Shown here one piece after another: positions 56,101-64,000 of a DNA stretch of 64,000 bases. The notes under the pieces are model-generated. The model did no database searches, was not told where the DNA came from, and saw nothing but the letters and a program-made list of their open reading frames with translations. The DNA is taken from positions 35,464,001 through 35,528,000 of the forward strand of contig NC_045138.2 of the NCBI RefSeq assembly GCF_008831285.2, given 5' to 3'. The stretch comes from Nymphaea colorata. Lineage: Eukaryota. The position numbers and the translations under genes were made by a program. Position 1 is the first letter of the stretch; each line of letters starts with the position of its first letter.

Positions 56101-59100
56101 AGAAGTTCAAAGATGTTTTCTTGATAAATCCATTTGCTGTCAACATAACAAGATATTGATCTTCAGCAAACTCGCTCACTGGAATTATTGAGGTTATTCT
56201 TTCTCCTTCAGATAAAGATAGTATCTGTCATGTGCATCATAAACGAAGACACACTGTAATGAAACTGATACAGCTGACTAGTAAATGAAATTAGAAGACT
56301 ATACTCGGTACCTGGACCAATGGTGTGCCAGCAGCTGTTCGAGAACATTCAGGTATCCGGTATGCACGAGAAGAGTAAACTATTCCCCTATCACTGCAAA
56401 GACAATTTAACACATTTCATTGTCAATTGGAAAAGGAACAAGTGAAAAAGGAATTTTAAGACTATCAACCATACACAGTTATCTTATAGCATTCAAAAGA
56501 AAAAATGAATTGAAAAATAGAAAGCTTGAAGTCCAAAACTCAAAAGAAACACATGTAGCTTGATCTTGTGGAAGTTCCATTTGAGCATTTGTCTGGAGCC
56601 ATCAGGCTAAGAGTGACATCCAAATTATACAAGAAACAGAAAGAGATCCTTGTGCAACATTATAAGTACATCTACCTTATCCACACAACTCATCCCAAAA
56701 TGGTTTAGGTAACTTAGTTCAGGAAGTCCTTCAATTACAGTATCAAAATCAAGTTATGCAACAGATTTTCACGTAAAAGAGCAAGTTATACAACAGATTT
56801 GCAAGAAAATGGTAAAAATAACACCAAATATAACAGCATTTCAGACATATAAAATGGGATCAGTTTACAACTTGATGAAAATCTTAGACCGCATTAGATG
56901 ATCAAACTCCACATTACCCGTGTACCTGCTTTCTCTACAGTACACAGCATATTATTAACATTATAAAATAAAGATCTTTCTTGCAATTCCCAGATGAGTG
57001 GATTTTGCACATCGCCATTACAGAAATCTGTACAAATAGGATGATATAGACAACCTTTTCTATGTAATTCCATTCCAACCATCATGTAAATACAGTAGGA
57101 TAGCATGATATAGACTATCTTTTCTATGTGTGCCTGAAGAAAATTAAGTTAAAATGACCAAATATATGTTTTACGTTCAACCAAGATTTGCTTCTACTTG
57201 ACAACTCCTACAACATTGGACAGATGTCAATATATGCTGATTGCGACATTTATGCTGTGATTAGAAACAAAATTGCAGTCTCCGTAACTGTCTGGACATA
57301 AAGATCAGATTGTTCACCATCAAGTAGCTGAATGCCACGATTAATTCCTAGAAGTATGACCATTTCTTGACATTTGATTTGATTAATTACTATAAGTCTG
57401 GATGGTTTTACAGTTTGAAGAAAAAAAACTGCATTTTGTTGTATTAGCAAACTACAGCTTGCAATCAGAGTGGCCTTATATTAATTTTTACTGACATCCA
57501 AACCATTGTGTAAGTAAATAAATAAACCAACAGACATACGTATGAACTTGCATGCAAGTCATCTTAAGTTCTTAACACACGATTCTGCTCAAGGCGAAAA
57601 ATACATATCCATAATAATGGAAAAAAACATTAGCAGGCCAATAATTATACATGCAATGCAGATGCGCACTTGCACATGGTCCATTAGGCATAGAAGCTTG
57701 GCCCACTTAGTAAATCAGCAAGATTGAGAACATAAGACCAATTAATAATCCTGAACCCAATACAATGAAGCCACTTGTTACATACTGATTGGATATGTTC
57801 ACATAAACCAGGTAAAATGTGGGGTGATAAACAAATAGGTAACAAAACAACCTAGCTAATCAAGTCTGATTTTCAGGAAGCCCACAAACATCTTTTTTGG
57901 GTTTTGAACGGTGAGGTTTTTCTCAGGTATAATACGGAGAGTTGGAAAAAACAGAAAAAGTACAGTAAATTTTTAAAAACTTAAAAAATCTTATGAATTA
58001 GGGAAAAAATAAATGAGAAAATAATAAGATAACATAAAAAAATAAGTAGGTAGACAACAAATAAAAATTAGAAAATGGAAACAGTCTAGCATTAGAAAAA
58101 ATGCGAAAGATGAAAAAAACGAGAAAAAACCGCAAAAAAAAATCTTTTTCTCTTTTTTCGTTTTGGCATTTTTTTTCAAAACAAAACGGCATTTTTTTTT
58201 ATGTTCTTATTTTTTGCATTTTTAATGTTTTTTCAAAAAAAAAAAACGTTTACTCAATTCTAGTTTCATTAGTATGCCTTCCTTTACTTATTTCAAGCAC
58301 CAACTAATGTCATTAATTTATGTTTTCTTCCCCTTATGCACGACGTTGGAATGAGTAAGATGGAGAATTTTGATTTTTTTTCTTCTAAGGTGAGACATGA
58401 ACTTGGTAGAGGAAAAGGGCATGCCCATTTGTGAACTAACCATAGAACCAGGTGCCTTTGGCTAATAATAGAAGTTATGATGAGCAATTTGAAATATTGA
58501 AACCTTTTGATAATGTCAAAACGGAATTTATTTTTAAGTTTTTTGACACATTACTGCAGCTAAAACATACCACTTGATCGACCATTATTAAGAACTTCAC
58601 CCAATAAACTCTATATTATCATTTGCTTTCATCAACAGCACACGCAAGGTTTGATAATTTAATGCAGAAAGCGAATCCTAAATTGACGTCCCTCACCATA
58701 CATAGTACATTTATGATGCCTAGCTTTTTACAAAAGTCATCTTTTCACATCAACCACACCTGCAGCTTCATATGAAAAGATTCAGACGTGCCAGTTTCAG
58801 ACAAGGGTTTAACTGTTTGAAAGCAGACTAGATGTCTGTCTCATAAATAACGGAAAAAAACAACCAAAATCATATTTTTAGTTCACGTGAAATTAACCCC
58901 AAAAGGAACACCGGATTTTCACAATGTGCCATTGCAAAGTTCCACCAAGCGAAAAAATAACATAAGTTCGATTAACTTTCATGGCGAGTCCCTTCGGTCT
59001 CCCAAGTTTTGAGAAAACAGAAAAGTACAAGGCAAAGAAAAAAGGCCACTGGTTGGTTTCCCTAATTTTCAGAACTAAAAAGTTTATATTTTTCAGAAAA

Positions 59101-62100
59101 AAGCCAGCCATGCACAACTTTTAGGCATGATATTATAATTTTCAAGCATAAAGCATGCTTACTACCTGAAATAAAGAACATGATCGTGTGTGTGGCAGAC
59201 AAGGAAGTCAGACATCAGGTCATTAACCCGCATTTTCCCAACAGATTTTCCAATTGTTCCACGATTTTGCAGATTAAATGTGCTAGGTTTCATCCTTTTG
59301 ACATATCCTTTCTCACTGAGAGCCTGAAAGGACGAAAATAAGTTAAACAAGCAACCCATTATTATTAAAATAGTTGAATCAGCAAAAAAAAAAACACTTA
59401 AAATGCAGCATGGAAGATAAATTGACAAGTCCTTAAACTGGAATATTAAAACCATACCAATATAATCTCTTCGTTAGGGATAACATCTATTTCTTCTAAT
59501 TGACTACCTTCTGCATCCTCCAACACTGAGCGCCTTGGAGTTTTAAATTTGTTCTTCACTTCAATGGCTTCTTGTTCTACCAACTAAAAGTTTAAAGACA
59601 TATCAATTCCTGAACACGGACTAGGAAACCAGTATTTACAAGAATTCAGTACTTGAATGACACAATTAAACATCAGCGATTCAGCAGAAGACTTGAAACA
59701 GAGAGAAAGTAGTGACCATGATCTAAAAGCAACAACCAAAATCAGCAAAGGGTATCCCAATTAATTAGATGATCCAAGAGGTGCAGGATATATCTTGCCT
59801 AAGCAAGAATCAAACATCAATTTTGTACATCATATAAGTGCAAGCTGATTTCATTTAGCACATCATGCAATACCAAGAGCCAAGTAGAATATGAACAAAC
59901 ATCCTTCCTTCTGATTACTAACTAAGCAAATATACAAATAAATATTAGCACATATTTAACCATGAATAAACAAGAACAAGGAAATATTTGGCATGGCGGA
60001 CCTGTAGTATACTTTTTCTGCTAGAAAGAAGTTCAGTTAATTTACGAATTTGCTCCTTTAAAGATTTTCTTTCATCTACAAGCTTCTCCCTCTGCAAAAA
60101 TTGTCCATATTGTCAATCAAAATGATTCATCAAAATATGGAAGTAAAAGCATGTAAGTACTATATCCAGACCTCAAAAAGGGAGAGCCTCCGCAAGGTTA
60201 TGTCCAGTAGAGCTTCAGCCTGCTTTTGAGTTAAATTAAAATCTGAAAAAAACAAAGAATGCACTGGATCTTCATAAATTTTCACAACTAAATCAGGAAA
60301 AGCCACATGACATTAAAAAAAATATCTAAGATATCACATGATTTCCTTCAACAAAGGAGCAATATTAACAAGCTATTGAAAAAATAAGTGATTTCCCACA
60401 AGTCTTTTCTTCTGTTGGAAGTTCACAGATTATGGGTTCTTAAAAAAACAGCTATCTTATGCATTTGCAAACTCTTGCGGGACAGAACAATGCAAGTTTC
60501 ACAAGCATCAGCAAACATTTCTGCAACTTCTTTAGGACTGCACTTTAACTAGATTACACTGACACATACGAACACACCAAATCGTGTCATGTATAAAGCA
60601 AACTACATAAATAAATGAACATGTGACAAATGATGCTCCAACAACCACCACACATTCTGTAAAAATCTGACAAAGTTATTGTGCATTACCATTTTGCAAT
60701 GCAGTCGAAGCCACCTTGTTGTTCTGGGTTTCTTTAATTGTACGGATGACAGCATCTAAATTTTCAATACCTACAATAATACCCTAAAGAAGCAAGCTAT
60801 TTAACATCCAGTATGGTGAACATGGAACCAAATGGAGTTCTTATATAGTACCTCTATGACATGCTCTCGTTCTTGAGCTTGAGCAAGCCTAAACTTGGCA
60901 CGTCTTTCAACAACAGAACATCTAAAATCTAAAAAAGCCTGAAAAAAGGTAAAAACAGTACTCAGAAATCATTCCGCATAATCATCACAAACTTGTACAG
61001 CATATGCCTCTTAAAGACCAAAAATATTCTAGACACAGCAAAATGCATGATAGCTGGCTCCATTACAAAGTTTGGAACCCAATACCAGTTGAGTCCGATC
61101 AGGAATGAATCCACAGCATGTACATGGGAAGAGTCAATCTGTTCTTTAAATAGGCATGAATCTTAGACCTGATCCACAAAACTGTGGGTAAAAAAAAAGA
61201 CAGATGAGATAGGTCAAAAAGGTCTGGTCTGCCAGTTTGGTCAATCAAATCCCAACTGCTTACAGTTAGGGATGTTGAATGAGTCAAGCCAACTTGGGCT
61301 CGACTCGAGTACTACACATTTATTAAAAGAGTTGACTTCGAGTTAAAAAATGAACTTGATCAAGTAAATGAGTCAATCTCAAGCTACGCAGCCTCAACTT
61401 CCTTAAACTTGGTTCAGCTAGCAAAAAGAGAATATGTATAGAACGTTTCACTATATTATCACAAAAGACGGGTAGTTCCGATGGGCTTGCATGCGGGTAG
61501 CAAGCATGAGGTTCTGTGTTCAAATTTCCTTTGTGCTATTCATATTGATTTTTTTTTTTTTAAATAAAACATCTCAGCTAAGCTCTAACCAAAGCGTAAC
61601 TTGAGCTTAACCGAGCCGAGTTCAAGCTTCATCAGCTTGAGCTAGCTACCTCGAGCTTGAGCCGAACTGGAGTGGTGGCTTAAGCCTTAAGGCACCCAAC
61701 CTGAGTTCGAGCTGGCCCAGCTTGGCTCGAACGTGGCTCATAAACAGACCTACTTATTCATTATAAGTATGTTGCGATCGTATTTGTTAATCTTCCTTAG
61801 TTCAAACCTTTACTTGCAAAGTTGCAAATCTCATTTTTCACCATAATCTTGGAATCATATTAGTTAATGTACCGCAGTTTGAACTTTGACTTTACTTGCA
61901 CAGTTGCAAAAATCTCATTTTCTACCATAATCATGAACTCTACATCTTTCAACTCTAAAGGACCATTATAATGTCTTTAAAAAAACCATATCTAACATGC
62001 TTCATGCTTGTAGCAACATAAGAATCAATAAACAAAGGAGGCCATGAATATTGACTCCTGCAAGGTTGCATTCTGTCATATAAAATCAAAATCAAGCACA

Positions 62101-63064
62101 ATTTTCACAAGGACAAACCAAGGAAAGTGACCTAGATGGTATATCAAAACGTGCAAGCCAAGGTTTGATGAAGGGACAAAATTATGTAAGCAGTCAGTGA
62201 AGATTCAAGGAGGTACAATATGCTACAGTAGCCACAAAAAAAAAAAAAAAGGAACTATCACACTAACAATACTCCATCATATTAAGATGACCAAAAATGA
62301 CAAATAAGATGCAAATATTGATTACACAAGATGTATCCATGCTCAGCTAATCATAAAGCAATACAGTCCAACTCTGTGTGTGTTTGTATTAGAGAGCTCT
62401 AAATCAGTTATGCCATTGCATGAATGGCAGCAATCCACAAGCCACAAGGAAATAAACATCACCTGAAGCAACTCTTTGAGACCCATCAGTTTCGGTTGTC
62501 CATCAAGAATGCTGAAAAGATTAAGAAAAGATGAAACTTTTTCATTACAGAATAAGGAGATGTTCATTCACAAGTAAGCCCAAAAAATAAAGCAAGACTG
62601 TTGACTTGAAAGTTGAAACTAAAAAATGTATCAGAAAAAGGCACATGATTTTCCCATTAGTTTTATAGTCAATCTACATTGCCTAATCTAACGTCACAGG
62701 ATCTCAATGGAGCCCATTTATTCACTTACATGAGAGACGAAGCAAACAACAATCATGTCAATTACATAATGAGAAACTCACCCTACCATGTTGCAGCTGA
62801 AACTAGATTGCAGGGAAGTAAGCCTGTACAAATTGTTTAAGACAACAGATGGATCCGAGCTTCTTTTCACCTGCCATAGAAGGAAACTCTTTCAAATGGC
62901 AGAAGGGTAAAAGAGTAAAAAGTGGAAGACCGAAGACCATCGAAGTTTGGCCATCCGTATTGCTTTTAAATGAATAAAAAGTGCAGCTTTCTCAGTACCT
63001 CAATCACTATTCTCATACCAGACCGATCACTCTCATCCCTTATATCACTTATACCCTCTAACAT
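53103..63064 (-). CDS. GYRA: DNA gyrase subunit A (plastid/mitochondrial), 3' portion; 5' exons lie beyond the window
   Basis: Exons 63064-62999, 62870-62782, 62511-62463, 60938-60852, 60783-60690, 60242-60172, 60091-60002, 59583-59458, 59323-59166, 56393-56312, 56224-56060, 55964-55863, 55482-55367, 54989-54872, 54384-54330, 54225-54126, 53196-53103. Motifs GISDIRDESDRSGMRIVIE, FSCNMVGILDGQPKLMGLKELL, QAEALLDITLRRL, GyrA-box-like QNRGTIG, pinwheel repeats, QSRFARGVILMRL. Confidence 0.95.
57881..58255. mobile_element. AT-rich MITE/hAT-like element, copy 2 (family of 16727-17094), in a GYRA intron
   Basis: gttttgaacggtgaggttttttctcaggtataatacgg... followed by the same A-rich then T-rich body as copy 1. 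Boundaries approximate. Confidence 0.65.
61267..61752. mobile_element. hAT-like MITE with CGAGC/GCTCG subterminal repeats in a GYRA intron
   Basis: Starts TAGGGATG, ends ...cagaccta; many gagccgag/ctcgagcttgagccg motifs; related to 2815-3221. No clean 8-bp TSD. Confidence 0.7.
61801..61932. repeat. Short diverged direct duplication
   Basis: tttacttgcaaagttgcaaatctcatttttcaccataatc (about 61809) and tttacttgcacagttgcaaaaatctcattttctaccataatc (about 61891). Confidence 0.8.
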
Positions 63065-63352
63065 CTGCACCACACAAACAAGTGCTAAGTACGACCATGA
63101 TGGCTATGCAACACAAATCAAGAAAGCATTCTCACCTGAAAATACAGTTCATAGTTTTAACTGCCATGAAAATACCATCATTAACCCAAATAAAATGGTA
63201 CGAAGATTGACAACACAATGAGAGAGAACAAGTCAAGCCATGTAGATGCTTCCAGTAAGCAAAATTTGCAAATTAAAATAATGGACAAAGCAAGTATTAC
63301 AAGCCATTACTTAGAAGACCAAAGTTGATAATTTTACTCTTGAGCTACATCA

Positions 63353-63399
63353 CATTAATGTGGCTGAAGGTGCACCATTTCTCAGAAACATTTGTGCAG

Positions 63400-63445
<46 letters not shown>

Positions 63446-63491
63446 GCACCCAAGTCCTTTGAAAAATGGTGCACGTTCACCCACGTTCATG
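63353..63491. repeat. Fold-back inverted repeat centred on a (TA)n tract
   Basis: Left arm cattaatgtggctgaaggtgcaccatttctca...gtgcagg; right arm cctgcac...tgaaaaatggtgcacgttcacccacgttcatg. Confidence 0.85.
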
Positions 63492-63629
63492 CATTCATGT
63501 GGGTACAAATGAAATATATCTATTTAAATTAGAGAATAAGAATATAAGCATCAATTATCAACAGCTGCACCTGCGACGCAACCTATACACAACTAATGCA
63601 AAGTTGCAAACACACCATAATGTATTGCT

Positions 63630-64000
63630 CAATGTTGTAAAAGGTGTAGCGTAACGTGTTCGGTCGGAGCGACTTATATGCCATATTGTAACATATCGCC
63701 AAAGTAGCATAGTGTATCGCAAAATTAGAGAAAAATCATTTAAACGTCAAAAAATCCAGAAAATAAACAAAAATCAGAAAAAATAAAAGAAAATTGTACT
63801 CAATATAAAAAAAAAATCATAAGACAAGAGACATTCATGTATATCAACAACACATTCAAAATAAGAAATCAGAGATTTAAATTAACATAATAAGCATCCA
63901 TCACAATTTTAAACTTGAAACTTTTATAGAATTTTAGGACTTGGAGTCTTAGTCTCTTAGGACTTAAATTACACCACAAGTCATAAGTTCAAAACATATA
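63630..64000. mobile_element. hAT-like non-autonomous element (family of 14569-15254), runs off the right edge
   Basis: Begins caatgttgtaaaagg, identical to 14569, and shares the gtatcg motifs and aaaaatcagaaaaa tract. Confidence 0.7.

Noticed and set aside
53103..63064. Bacterial-type gyrase A (and GrpE) as horizontal transfer or contamination
   Set aside because: Both are split by canonical introns and are well-known nuclear-encoded organellar genes in plants.

Overview
Gene-dense flowering-plant nuclear DNA with spliceosomal GT-AG introns and many (GA)n/(TA)n/(CA)n microsatellites; the species cannot be fixed from sequence alone. Left to right: the 5' half of an intact-looking Ty3/gypsy (Galadriel-like) LTR retrotransposon (-); a GPI-anchored xylogen-like nsLTP gene carrying FOUR tandem 8-Cys LTP domains (-); TOM40 (-); a NUFIP-like snoRNP assembly factor (-); an AGD14/AGFG-type ArfGAP (-); plastid-type GrpE (+); an ARFA1 GTPase (-); a decayed malectin-like receptor-kinase ectodomain pseudogene (-); and the 3' part of organellar DNA gyrase A (-). 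Introns carry several hAT-like non-autonomous elements/MITEs. The standout is the multi-domain LTP gene, built from recently duplicated symmetric phase-1 exons, with a visibly chimeric middle repeat and microsatellite-located junctions. Exon boundaries were read by eye and checked for frame continuity; none is transcript-verified.
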